From assembly GCA_951406725.2 (NCBI GenBank), contig OX597819.1:57474001-57538000 (forward strand): a stretch of 64,000 nucleotides of DNA, read 5' to 3'. The notes under the pieces were generated by a model that had not been told where the DNA came from, ran no database searches, and was given only the letters and a program-made list of their open reading frames with translations. This DNA is from Octopus vulgaris (Eukaryota). A program made the translations under genes and the position numbers. The first letter of the stretch is position 1, and every line of letters begins with the position of its first letter. Below, piece by piece: positions 12,984 to 26,514 of this stretch.

Positions 12984-14157
12984 GTACATGGATATATATA
13001 TATATATATTTATTTATTTAATTATTTATTTTTGTTTATTTGGCACTTACTAACTTATAATTAATTTAATTTAATTTATAATTAATGAACTTATACCTAA
13101 ATTAACAGTAACTTCTGTTTACTTTTTGTGTATGTATATATATACGTCTTTGGATGGCAGACATCTATTCTAATTTATGATTTAGTGGATGTGGGTTGAG
13201 GTCTCGAGGTGTGTGAAAATGTGTATGTGTACGTATGTATGACTTTGTACGTATAGGTATGTTCGTGGGTGGATGTACGAATGTATGTTTTTCTTATACA
13301 TGTGAGTACGCAGGTGCGTATTTGGATATGTATATATGTATATGCAAATATTTATTCATGGGTGGATATAAGTATAGGTTTTATTTGTACGTATGAGTGC
13401 GCAGATATATATTTAACTATGTATATATGTGTGTGCGAATGTTCCCTGATACATTATGAGAGTGTATTAATATTTATGTTTATATGCGGATGTACGTGTG
13501 AGTGTGTGTGTTAGGGTATAGACACTGCTACCTGTACTGTTTTGTCTATAAGCCATGCGATGACAGACATGCACTCTGCAATCTAGTGAATGTGTGGGAA
13601 TGTGTCGAGGTGTATTCATGTGTGTGTGCATGTGTGTGTGGGGTTTTATGTGAACGTGTGGGTTTAGGGTTGGGTGTGGATGTGGATGTTTTTCTTGTGC
13701 GGTGTGGTGGAGGTCGGGCGGCTCTCGGCGAACCAACCATGACGAAGATAATGATAATTTAAATTCAAATCCAATAGTGTATTTATGTCATAAGGAAAAT
13801 TACTAACTGGGACCCGGACATACATATGTGCCACTTTAGATCCTAATGTAAGCGTTATTAATAATATTATGAATGATAATAATGGTAGCATTAATAGTAT
13901 TGACAACGATAATGATGCTAACTTTAATGACACTTTGGAAATTAGTAGGAAGTAAAATAATGTACTATTGACTATGTATATTTGCATCTAGGTACTAATA
14001 TGTGTATGTTTATTATCACAATATTAAGTTGAAAAACTGAAACGTTGAATATGGAACATATATATGTTTACTAATTTATATTATTTATTTACATCATTAT
14101 GTATATGTATATTTTTATATTTATAGGAGTGTGAGTATATGCACTCATATGTATATG

Positions 14158-14290
14158 TATATCTCCGAAGAGGCCTTATGATATTTTTGTAAATGTCTCA
14201 TTTATATCTATATATTGACCTACCATAAAAGGCTAATATTGGTAAAATGAGACATACTTATCTACATGCCCGAAACAGCTGTAAGATGTA
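14158..14290 (+). ncRNA. Type I hammerhead ribozyme with ~100-nt extended stem II
   Basis: Stem I TATATCT/AGATGTA; core CCGAAGA at 14165-14171; internal helix atgtctcattt/aaatgagacat; GAAAC-AGCT-GTA with palindromic stem III; predicted cut after 14283. Confidence 0.75.
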
Positions 14291-14706
14291 ATCTATACTT
14301 ATATTTATATTTACTTATATTTAGATTCTCTCTTTTATATATATTCTACTTATTATACAACATTACTCTTTTATGTATACTTTTTTATGTACATTCCTTT
14401 ATGTACACTGATTTGTTCTGGGGTTTTTTATGTTTAACCCTACAGTCTCTTATGTAGTGGTTTAATAAAGTACGTGATTGAGAATTATCTGGTAATTGAT
14501 ATTTGATTTAGATGTATTTCTCCATTTTCTTATCTTGTATTAGTAATTTGTGGTAAATCATTTTACCTTTGCCCATATAATACAGTAAATGAATTGATTG
14601 CATCGTAATCCTTAACATTTATGTATTAACTTTTTTGGGTACTTCACTAGCAGTATAATGGATATATGTTATCCCATGGAGGGTTGCATTTACAACCCCT
14701 ATCTCA

Positions 14707-14752
<46 letters not shown>

Positions 14753-15839
14753 GTATAAACAGACATATATATATGACTGTTTATGCATGTGTGTATGTGT
14801 GGCTGTAACTGTGAGTAAAAACAGATAAGAAAGTAGAGGTAAGACGAAGGAAAGAAAACATAGTAGACTTAATAGTGCTAAGGTACGCAATTTTCGAATT
14901 TCTCTCATACAGAGTTAAGCGATTAGCAGATTGGATTTCTGTTTCCAAATGTCAAAGATACAAAGTTATTAAATTAGTTATTACCTACCTAGAATAATTT
15001 ATCGAAATCTCATTATTCCCAGGAAAGCAATTATTTCTGATAAACAGATGTATAAAAGATACAGAAAACGCAATGTAAACTAGCTATACATTAATATTTT
15101 ATACACACCACAAACACACATACAAGCACTCACATAAACGCAGGTATACACTTACACACTGAGAGACTCACAGGCACACATATTTGTTTAACCACATATA
15201 CATACAAGATGTTATTGGAAGTACGTTTGCGATCTTTCACGCGCCGTTCATGAAAATCTGAAAAAAATTATTGAGTTCAAAATCTTTTTGTTTGTACATA
15301 TAAACTTTTATACATACAATGAAAGAAACACACAGGCACGTTCATACACACACACACAAACACACACAAACACACACACACACACACACACATACATACA
15401 CACACATATATATTAATAGAAAGACAGAGAGAGAGAAAAATATATATGTCTATGTGTATATCTATATGTATATAGTGAGGAAGAGAAAGGGAGGTATGCA
15501 GGAAGCTACCTAATTGAATGCGCTTAACATAGAAGGTGTATAACACAGGTTTATAGTCTTCTAACAGCCAGTTACCTCCAGGAATATTATTCTAAAATGA
15601 GTGTACCTTATAATTCTCCTCTTCGCGTCACAAATAGGACGGGCAGAGCAGATAAAACAGATATCTCACACGTTTTATACGTGACTGCTGTGGTAAACAT
15701 AAAATGGGCGATCCGAGGCTCTCACAAGGGAATATATTAACACTATATTGCAACTACTCATTGTAAACTCACAGAGATGTGCTCTCATAATCACTACACA
15801 CAAATGTTTGAGTTTGCATTGTGAGTGCTGGATTACGTG

Positions 15840-16046
15840 TCATCGCTGGTCACAATGCATTGTTTTAGCCTTCGAACGACCCCACCCCGCTGGCTAACCG
15901 AGCAGACCAACAGAAGAAAGAGAGAAATAGTGGTGAAAGAGTACAGCAGGGATCACCACCCCACACACAACGCCCGGTCTGGGAATAGAAACCGCGATCC
16001 TACGACTGCTAGTCCGCTGCCCTAACCACTGGGCCATTGCACCTCC
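15840..16046 (-). mobile_element. tRNA-derived SINE (family B)
   Basis: Minus strand ggaggtgcaatggcccagtggttaggg...gcggtttctattccc with A/B boxes; homologous to 21480-21782 and 55195-55393. Confidence 0.8.
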
Positions 16047-16082
16047 ACATGTGTATATGTGTATATATTTGTATATATGCAT

Positions 16083-16195
16083 GATTCGGTTCTTGACTGA
16101 AGATTGAAGGCTTCGAATGTCCCGTCCGTGTTTTTTGTGTCGTCTTCTAATGGTTTCACGTTCTTGTCCCAGTTTGTATATTTTTTTTACTTTTA
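16083..16195 (+). repeat. Duplicate of the 3' end of the repeat at 16500-16965
   Basis: ggttcttgactgaagattgaagg...cccagtttgtata is nearly identical to 16853-16965. Confidence 0.8.
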
Positions 16196-16499
16196 AATAT
16201 GTACATAAGCGGCTACGTACCCCTTTTTGATCCTATACGTAAGTATATATTCTCTAACACATAGTACGACTCTACAACACTGTCTCTCTCCCCCCTCTCC
16301 TACATTTCTCTGCCTTCACATTATGCACTCCACTTGATCTGTCTCTTTCTCCCTCTCTCTTCTCCTCCTCCCTTGTTCCTTGTTCCACTTCTTTCTTTCT
16401 CTCTTCATCTGTCCCCCCTCTCCTACATTTCTCTGTCTCTCGTTCCTTGTTCTCCTTCTTTCTCTCTTCATCTGTCCCTCTTTTTCCTCTTTCTTTCCC

Positions 16500-16963
16500 T
16501 CACGTGACCAGCCAACGACTGCTGTCCTTTCGCGTCCAGCAGTCATTGTGGCACGACACATTTGTTTGTCTCTCTGTGGCCTTAAGGTACTCTTCTAACG
16601 CCAGCTCAAAACTTTACTCGTTCTGTCGAAAAGACGCTTGTCCTTCACGTCCTGGTTTTGTTGTTATTATTATCATTATTGTTTTTACGTATTTTTGTAT
16701 TTTTATTCGTGTAACATCGTCCGTTTTCCGTCCTTTTTTTGTATACATTCGAGGCTTTCTTCCAAGGAATCTAATGCGCTTGGCTTAGATTTTCCTTTGG
16801 GGCTGTCCAGGTCGGAGCAATCTCAAGATTAATCAGCCGAAATTGCGAAGATGATCCGGTTCTTGACTGAAGATTGAAGGTTTCGAATGTCCCGTCCGTG
16901 TTTTTTTGTGTCGTCTTCTAATTGTTTCACGTTCTTGTCCCAGTTTGTATATATTTTTACTTT

Positions 16964-16965
<2 letters not shown>
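16500..16965 (+). mobile_element. Unclassified non-coding interspersed repeat ending at (TA)n, possibly PLE-derived
   Basis: 3' end duplicated at 16083-16195; preceded by a CT-rich tract like other PLE-like pieces here. Confidence 0.4.
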
Positions 16966-17007
<42 letters not shown>

Positions 17008-17010
17008 TAG

Positions 17011-17048
<38 letters not shown>

Positions 17049-17147
17049 GTATATATTCGTATACATGTACATATGTGCATATATGCATATACATAAATAT
17101 ATATATATAGACACATATACATATATTGAGTATGCAATTTATCTTAC

Positions 17148-17213
17148 AGAACAAGTTCGACAAATTCAATCATTGTTTTCTTAAATATGATTGAATTTGT
17201 CGAACTTTGTTCT
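17148..17213. repeat. Near-perfect 26-bp hairpin
   Basis: agaacaagttcgacaaattcaatcat, 13-nt loop, atgattgaatttgtcgaactttgttct. Confidence 0.9.
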
Positions 17214-17525
17214 ATAACTTAAATTATATAGTTAATATAGTGATATAACCTTTCATTTCTACGCCAATTTACATCAGAAAATTCAAAGTAAAGTATGAAG
17301 TACCAACGTTAGATATCTGTAGGAAACTTATCCAATTAAAGGACGAAACAACATGCAACCCTTTTTAAAGGTGTATATGTATATATATATATATATATAT
17401 ATGCCAACTTATATTATAACACATATACATACATACGTACATATCTATATTTGTATCTCTGTCTCTCTGTCTCTCTTTCTCTCTCTTTCTCTCTCTCTCT
17501 CTTTCTCTCTCTCTCTATATATATG

Positions 17526-17559
<34 letters not shown>

Positions 17560-17957
17560 TGTATGTATGTATGTATGTATGTATGTATGTATATGCATAT
17601 ATGTGCAGAACAATGAAACTTGTGTTGAATCGTTGGTGTAACCATGACATTCTGGTAATCTGAAGAGATAGTTTTCTTTATTTTGTATTGATTTGTGAAT
17701 GCACAAGCATATTTCTTTATCGATTGTTTGTTGATGTGTTGCCCTGCATGTTGGTCTATAAGCTGAACTTACTGCTTGCATCTGCAGTTTGACGTCATAT
17801 GTTGCCGAACACTGAAACATATATAACACTGAGAACAAAGGAGTACCAAGTTATTCTCGTATTTGTCTCTAATTTCTGTTCTTGTGCTATGTGCACTACG
17901 TAGTCCACACCCGAATACGGACAACCCGAGCAACGGTATGTTTTGCATGTGTATATA

Positions 17958-18100
17958 GCGCATGGCTTAATGGTTAGGGCATTCGACTCACGATTGTAAG
18001 GTCGTGAGTTCGATTCCCGGTGACGCGTTGTGTCCTTGAGCAAGACACTTTATTTTACGTTGCTCCATGCCACTCAACTGGCAAAAATGAGTAGTACTTT
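17958..18100 (+). mobile_element. tRNA-derived SINE head plus central domain (family D)
   Basis: tggcttaatggtt (A box), gagttcgattccc (B box), then gtgtccttgagcaagacact; related to 41850-42130. Confidence 0.75.
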
Positions 18101-18347
18101 ATTTCAAAGGGCCAACCCTTATATATATATATATATATATATACATACACACATATACATATATCTTTTCATAAGTATATACATACCTACCTACATAAAA
18201 CATACATACACATACGCACACACATCTATAGCATTTTATATGTATATATATATATATACCTACATGCATACATACAAACATGCAAGCTATATCTATCTAT
18301 CTATATATATATATTTATAAATATATATAAATATATATATATGTATG

Positions 18348-18378
<31 letters not shown>

Positions 18379-18379
<1 letters not shown>

Positions 18380-19385
18380 GTATCAATAATTTCCCAGGAC
18401 TAGTAATCTTTATATATAAAAGTGAAGTTGTGTGTCTGTCTCCTACGATTTAGATTCCTAACTACTCCCACATTTTGCGGTGCAGTTTAACCAAAACCAG
18501 GTATCTTATAGTCGTGATTCATATCGAGCCCTTCTGGGTATTAGCGCGCGTCTACGATGAGTCTAAGATTTTAAAAAAAATTACCATCATGTTTTTTCCA
18601 TTTTAATGCATTTTTTCGCTATTATATAAGGGAAGTAACTCTCTTAAAATGTCTACGATGAGTCAACGATTTTTAAAAAAAATTACCATCATTTTTTTTC
18701 CCATTTTTAATGCATTTTGTTGCTATGTTTTGGCTATAACTCTCTAAAAATACTTATATAGTTATTTCCCTTACAAACCCGAGCAACGCCGGGCGATACT
18801 GCTAGTGTTTAATAAAAAGTAACTTATTTACCTAAGTTTTAACATCATTTCCTTCGAAATAGTCACCTTATGCAGCAATAAACTGATGACAGCTTTCCTG
18901 CCACTTTTGCAATCCGGCCTGGAAATTTGTTTTCCGTAAGCGCGTCGAGTCACCGATTCTCTGTGGCTCTTGACAATGGTGTTGCTTTTTTATCATGGGG
19001 AAGATATGGAAGCTCGCAATTGCTAAATCTGACGAATAGGGGAGGTGCTGAAAGGATGCTATGTTGCTTATAGCGAGAAACTCCCGAGTGAGAAGAGCTT
19101 GGTGACAGAGTGCACTGACGTCGTGAATAATGCAATTCTTCGCTCTCCACAGATCCAGTAGCATTCGCCTAATTCCCTCCCTCAAACGCTTCAAAACGTC
19201 GAGGTAGAACTCTCTATTGATGGTCTGGTCCTGGGGCACGAATTTCCGATGTACGATATCACATGAGGCTCGTGGAAAGTCTTCCAGCTGGCTCATCTTC
19301 TTCCTGGGACGTGCTTCCTTTTTGATGCGCCCATGCCAGTCGAAACACCGTGTACGATATATTGCCTCGTCGCCGTAAGGCTAAC
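18379..19385 (-). mobile_element. Decayed mariner transposon interrupted by a Helitron
   Basis: ORF 18868-19296: FVPQDQTINREFYLDVLKRLR, IIHD, HLPYSSDLA (HPPYSPDLA-like), followed by GDYFEG. Confidence 0.8.
18407..18805 (+). mobile_element. Non-autonomous Helitron (399 bp)
   Basis: A|TC 5' end (TCtttatatataaaagtgaagttgtgtgtctgtct); 3' hairpin cccgagcaacgccggg at 18778-18793; CTAG|T terminus; internal tandem duplication at 18550-18720. Confidence 0.85.
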
Positions 19386-21431
19386 TGCTGAGGGTAATTC
19401 TCACTTCAACAGTGACACAGATAATCTCTATGTGAAATGGAGAGATGGAGGCTGTGGCATATGTTCAGACAGCATATGCAGGACACTTGAGCAAACCTTT
19501 ATTTAGCAATAAAAGAAGAAATATGTGTGCATCCAACAAGAAGATTGAAATACCATGCGATTAAGCAAGGGATTGTTGAACAGCTACACTGGGCATACCA
19601 TGCACGCCAAAGGTAGCTGGAACGATTTCTTTTAAGAGAGATTGGTGGAGCAATACTCATCATGCTAAAAGAACACCATGCACGACCACATATAACGAAA
19701 GCAAGCAAATACCAATATAATTGACAGAAATATGGACAACTGTATAATAAGTCGTTTGTTTTCCTTCTTTTTCTAGTTATGAATCGATACAAATTACTTT
19801 AGTCATTTCGATGGATAATATGTTTTGAAATCTAGGTCGTTTAGTTTCTTAATATGATTGTACGATGAGAAGATTCGTAGTGTTTCAATGTACTAATTAC
19901 AAATTACACAATTTCTTTTCTGTAGGCGACTGGGAGGATATAATAAAGTGCTAAATTTATTATTATATTGAATAATTTGAAATTTAATTCAATGATATTG
20001 AATTGCTTCATCACGCAATAGATACATTAAATCTCACCTAAAATACTATGCCTTTTAGGAGCAGGAGACGGTTACTAAGTACCTGATTAACAAGAGAGCC
20101 TGGAGATCTTCATGTTGTGATGCAATATGCCCATTCACGTTATATTTCAGTGAACATAAAACAACCACAACTGCACTGCCTTCATGAGATATCGAGAACA
20201 TCGTTTATGTGATCATAACAATTTTGTCTTTTTATAACAATTTGAAGCCACTATCACATATCAAGATAACATTATCTTACCCCAACCACATTGTAAGCGT
20301 GAAAATTACACAAAGGCATCTCCATTGTTGAGAATTTCTTCTGACGAATAGCCACATCTTTCACTGAACAAAGTTGGCGTCACAAACATTGGCATTTCTC
20401 TTCAGTGCCAGAAAATGCTTCAAACAAAAACAAATACCAAGTATCTACAAATTTAATGTGAGACCCAGAGGAGAATATTTCTTCTGCACCTGGTACACTG
20501 CGTCTGTTGCAAACACATATATTCTTGATTGCATCCAATGTAGCAGTATGAGGTAAATATTGTTGTGCTGTGGGGGAGGATGGAACCAGAAAAAAAACTG
20601 GTTGAGCACTGGGCTATTTAATCACATAATGTGTCTGGGTTTTCATGTTCATAGATAGATAGACAGAGAGTGAGAGAGAGAGAGAAGGAAACAGACAGAG
20701 ACAGACAGAGGAAGAGAGAGAGACATACATTCTTATATTCAAATACAGGCATATGAAGAAGCACAAAATCATTGATGCACTCACTACATATGTACAAACA
20801 CTAAAAGGTCTCGCACAAGCATACTTGGTAACCTACACACACACATACACACACATAGTAATGCAAAAACATACACACACACACCATACGCAACACAGGC
20901 ACCACACAGACATACACACAAGCATCACACATAAACACACACAAATGCACCATATACATACATAAACACAGGTCACACGCACACTCAAATACACGTACGT
21001 ACACACACATGCCACAAACGCAAACACGCATGCACACACACACACACACAGGTCACAAATACAGTCTCTCTCTCTCTCTCTCTCAAACACACACACACAC
21101 ACACAGAAGCACATACGTTCAAAGACTCGTACGCCTACAAGCTCGTACTGAATATTCTGGCAAAGTACGTAGAAGATATTCATTATTCTATATATTATAT
21201 GTCTGTATCCAGACATATTTTAACTACATTACCCGTATATTGTATTATAATTGATATTACCTGTGAAATTACTTAGATTAAGTAGAAGTCGCAAACAGAC
21301 TAGCAAGGTAATTAATGTTGCTTGTTATATAGTCTTTCAATTGCTTCTTCTCGGCCACCCATTCTCCGTGTCCGTGTGCGCGCGCGTAGGTGTGTGTGTG
21401 TGTGAATGTGTGTTTGCGCGTGTGAAAAATG

Positions 21432-21474
<43 letters not shown>

Positions 21475-21479
21475 CCGTG

Positions 21480-21782
21480 ATCACCGTGACCAACCAGGCT
21501 ATCAGATGTTGTTATATATCGCTGGTCACAATGCGCTTTGCATTGTTTTAGCCTTCAAATGACGCCACACCGCTGGCTAAGCGAAGAGGGCAACAGAAGA
21601 AAGAGTGAGAGAAAGTTGTAGCGAAAGAGTACAGCAGGGATCGCCACCAACCCCTGCCGGAGCCTCATGGAGCTTTTAGGTGTTTTCGCTCAATAAACAC
21701 TCACAACGCCCGTTCTGGGAATCGAAACCGCGATCCTACGACCGCAAGTCTGCTGCCTTACCCACTGAGCCATTGCGCCCCC
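21480..21782 (-). mobile_element. tRNA-derived SINE (family B)
   Basis: Homologous to 15840-16046; gcgcaatggctcagtgggtaagg...ggtttcgattccc. Confidence 0.8.
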
Positions 21783-21784
21783 AC

Positions 21785-21902
<118 letters not shown>

Positions 21903-22199
21903 GTATGCATGTATGCATGTATAATCTTCCTTTTACATGTTTCACTCATTGGGCTATGGCTATGCTGGTAAACCTCTTTTTACCGTTTAGTTGAGCAATT
22001 CGATCCCATTAATTTTTTGTTGTCCTGCTGGGTAGAAACGCACAAAGATACGCACATTTCTGTTAATGGAATACAAATGAGATTGTTCTAAGGATGTCGT
22101 TATGCGTTATGAATATTGTAGAGTTGTATTTAACAACTATAAATTTTGTCATTTCTCCGCTTTACGTTTATAGTTTTGAGAGTGATGTCGGCGGTATTT

Positions 22200-23150
22200 C
22201 ATAATCCAGCCTAGTTAAAATGGCAACTGGGGATTTTGTAGAGACTAATTCCAGAATATTATTCTAGAGCAATGTTCCTAAGTGAATTATTTAGGCTTCG
22301 AGCAATTCCACAGCATTATCTTGAGACAAGTTGGATGGAAACGTGTGCAGTATCATCTGCGTATATTGCCTTCTGTATATTTTATCGGGGTGTGAGGAGA
22401 TCGTATAAATATAGAGTTATAAGTATAGGGTGATATTCCATTCGCGATATCATAGGTACTCGAATTGTTGGATTCGCCTACAACATTATTAAGACAACGC
22501 GCCAAATAGTTCCCCTCTAGGGTTTTATTCTTCAGATGTTGTCGAGTATTTTTGACATACATACAAAGTGGTGACGTACGTAGAACACGTAAATGAACAC
22601 GTAAGAGATTTTTGTCGTTGAATTTGTCATACGTTTTTGTGCTAATTATACGAACAGCTTTGTGATTGAGTGTAGTTGCCTTAATATGAGTGGTGATTCT
22701 CAGAGTGGAATGTGCGTATGGATTAGCGATTACAAGGATCATCCTTTTTAATAGGTGGTTGAACTCTCTGCATGACGTTACTTGAATGTTCATGAAGCTC
22801 TAGAAAAGTTATGAATTACTCCGAGGTATCGCATTCTTGGAATAGGTGGTTGTTGGTACTTGTAGTTTGAGATGTTGTTGAGTGCAGTGATTTCTTCGGG
22901 ACAAAGATGTAGATGTAACATGTTTGTGATTTTATCATGAGACATTTAAGTTTTACATTTCCGTATATTATTTTGTATTGACATGCAATTAGTCAAGCTC
23001 ATGGTGTATAAGGATGGACAGTAGCTCTCATTTCTGGTCATAACGCGGTAAGACTTAGTGGATAATTTTAGAGGAATTTTGGTAAGGGTTGGTGTCGTCT
23101 TTGTTTATTATCTAAAGTTGTTATTGTGGCATGACGCATAGTGTGACTCT
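22200..23150 (-). mobile_element. Possible very old LINE endonuclease relic
   Basis: ILVIANPYAHSTL loosely resembles the APE motif ILGDFNAHS.LW; strong strand skew; no intact frame. Confidence 0.25.
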
Positions 23151-24754
23151 TGATTTTCGAGACGCTAATTACTCTAAATAGGATTTCATTTATACTTTTT
23201 CTTACAGCTTAATTTCGACGCAAGTGCATTTCATTTCTTTTCCAAATCATTGTTCATAGTTTGTCATTTCCATGTTTAGTTGCCGGATGGTGAGTACTAT
23301 TTCAGTTTTCTGTGGTGTTGGAGCATTATTTTCGTTGTTTTTCATTTTAATTGTATCAACTTTTGTGTTTGCGTGTAATTGTGGTTGTATTTTATATTAA
23401 CTTGTGGGATATATTGTTTTGATACCTCCGCAGTCATTATTTCTCTCAATTTACAGCAAGTTTTATGTTAGTGAAAGCGGTTACCTTCAATTCCGAACAT
23501 TTTAAATTCTTTAATTTATAGGGACTTGTTTCGTTGTGCGCTTGCCTACGTCATTGAAGTGTGAGCAGTGAGATGATTATGAGTATGCAGTCTGTGGAAA
23601 GCAGAGTCAGAGATTATTAAGTGACTTTAGTAAATATATCTATAGGAAAGGAAGTGATGTATGAGGAATCATTGCTCTAATATGTTTAGTAATGATTATT
23701 CATTAGATTGTGTAGGATTGATTTGACTATTTACTTGTGTCGTAGTTATGTTGCGCCTTATGGAGTGTTTGCTATTTGAAAATTATATGTTGAGTGCTTT
23801 AAAGTCTCTTTAATAGAGTTGTGTGTGTCAGAGGGAAAATTCTTTGAAGTTCCTGTAATTGGAGTGCGTAAACTAATGTGACATTTGTTGGAAGTTGGTG
23901 CTGGTATAGACACAAATTCACGGTGCACACGCACACAAACACCCTCACGTACCACATGTATAATCTTATTGAGAAGTTTCGAAGTTTCACTTGGCATGGT
24001 TTATGCCAATTGTCGAATACAAAAGAGAGCATTGAATCTTGCCCCATAAGATGGATGTATGAGCACCCAGAAGGATTACGAAGAGAAGAACGTGCCAAAG
24101 TCTCAGAACCTCTGTGACAACCAATAGCACATTTATTCTGTGGGAAGAGATGGGCATCCACAAGAACACTGTCTACTCGAATTACCAGTGAGTCATTAGA
24201 ATAGATGTTACACTAATATTTAATTCTTCAATCTATCACTAGTGTCCTCTGTTCATAAAACAGTCTGAAACCGTAATTGGTAAACAGAAATTCAGGTGTC
24301 TGAACGCCATACACTATTGAAATGCCAGGGTGATTGTACGTGTATGTATATATTGATGGACATCATATAATTATAGTTGTGCTATCATTAAATTAATGTG
24401 ACAATTCATAAATCATATATATATGACATTGTTAATGCAATTAATAATTACTTCAATTAACGCAGATGCCAATATTCCAGAATAGGAAATCATTTCTACG
24501 ACAAATGGAATATCCTACTCTGCTTATTGGGTCCTCGTTTTTATCGCTGTGAAATATTTTTCCTTAATTTCAAGTTCTTCAATGAGATGCGTGGAAACAA
24601 AACTTCATTACTTACGTCATATGTAAACAAACACAAGTTTATTTTTGAAGCGTTGAAATGTATTGTAGAACATGTAGAAAGATAAATTTTTTTAACACGT
24701 TAATACTTAACAGTATATATAAAAGTTAAAATCCTTTTAAGTGCAGAAAAATTT

Positions 24755-24840
24755 GCCAGCAACCAGCCATGACAATCGAACTCACATCTCTCCAACTCAC
24801 TCCGGTTGGAGTGCTCTACTCTTTAAGCCAAATTGCCGAC
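24755..24840 (-). mobile_element. tRNA-like SINE head
   Basis: Minus strand tggcttaaagagtagagcactccaac...gttggagagatgtgagttcgatt: A box, stem and B box. Confidence 0.45.
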
Positions 24841-25031
24841 AGTTCAGTAGTAGCGTGTTGAAAATAAATTATCATTCTACTTATTCTACAATACATTTCA
24901 ATGCTTCAAAAACAATCTTATACTTGTGTACATATGGCGTAATCTATATGACATCTGGCGTTTCTGGATTACTTTATAACTGCTATAATTGCAAAAGAAT
25001 TCGCCGGTCATATATATATATATATATATAT

Positions 25032-25185
25032 ATGACTGGCTTCTTTCAATTTCCGTCTACCAAATCCACTCACACTGCTTTGGTCGGCCCTAGGCTATAG
25101 TAGAAGACACTTGCCCAAGGTGCCACGCAGTGGGACTGAACCCGGAGCCATGTGATTCGTAAGCAAGCTACTTACCACACACCCT
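25032..25185 (-). mobile_element. SINE family A, 5' half
   Basis: Close match to 60236-60393. Confidence 0.8.
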
Positions 25186-25689
25186 ATTTCCGTTGGTGTA
25201 AACTACCAAATATGAGAGTTAAAAAAATGAATCACTCCAAAGAGTACGCTGCTAATTGTAATTACATTTAACCAAAAGCAGGAAGAAGAATTTGAAACGT
25301 CATTTTTACTTAGTGATCAGTAGTGCTAACTAATGAAATATTTATCCATTTATTTAATTCTATGTTTATTTAATTCCTATATTTTAACCCTTTGCCTGCT
25401 CAAAGCAATTTTTATAATTTTGTCCTAAATATTTATGCATATTTTTCAGACTTTTAGCTCTTGTTTCATATATTCTCACCACTATAAAACTTTTATTCTA
25501 TAATTCACAAGTTACTCTCTGGTGGTTGAAAAATATCGGGAATATGCATCATATATGGGGCGTGGACGTCAGGGAAATATGTCCTGTGTAGCGTCTGTGA
25601 TGCATTATTTAAAAAAAGTGGGGGTTAACAATTGTAAAGAAAGCTTGAAAACGAGACTGGTTGAAATGATTGGTAGAAAGAAATTCATG

Positions 25690-26350
<661 letters not shown>

Positions 26351-26381
26351 TACATATAAAAGGCAAAAGATATAGACATAA

Positions 26382-26514
26382 TATGAAGATGTCATAACTT
26401 CACTATACAGTTACGTGTACGTGTATCTTGCCGGACATCACATCATTATATTTATGTTAGCCTTGTATTTATACGGTAATTAATGAATCACTATATTTAT
26501 ATGACATCTTCATA
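26382..26514. repeat. 133-bp element bounded by a perfect 15-bp inverted repeat
   Basis: tatgaagatgtcata ... tatgacatcttcata. Confidence 0.6.

Larger units (their letters stand above)
10267..14710 (+). mobile_element. 5'-truncated Penelope-like element (Naiad-like) with inverted pLTR at the 5' end, flanked by (TA)n
   Basis: RT motifs MGSPDSAEVTDLVGMYLL, GLYRDDAL, YLDV and YINHSSNHPP; GIY-YIG CN.R...C..GNKCL...VVY...YIGAT...LSTYIWELK...CSLC; 10267-10520 is the reverse complement of about 14290-14540; HHR at 14158-14290; right boundary approximate. Confidence 0.9.

Noticed and set aside
15985-16046. tRNA genes here and at 17958, 21710, 55330 and 60330
   Set aside because: No complete acceptor stem, and each continues into a shared repeat body, so they are SINE heads
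16860-16900. Hammerhead at ctgaagattgaaggtttcgaatg (also about 16095-16125)
   Set aside because: Has CTGAAGA and a short stem, but lacks GAAA, stem III and stem I pairing
20100-20612. Possible hAT/Charlie 3' relic
   Set aside because: Only a TIR-like ggttgagcactg and vague peptide similarity
23758-24170. Overlapping short ORFs as a possible host exon
   Set aside because: No recognisable domain or supported splice structure
25384-25628. piggyBac-like MITE (TTAA-CCC...GGG-TTAA)
   Set aside because: Inverted match extends only about 3 bp; could be chance
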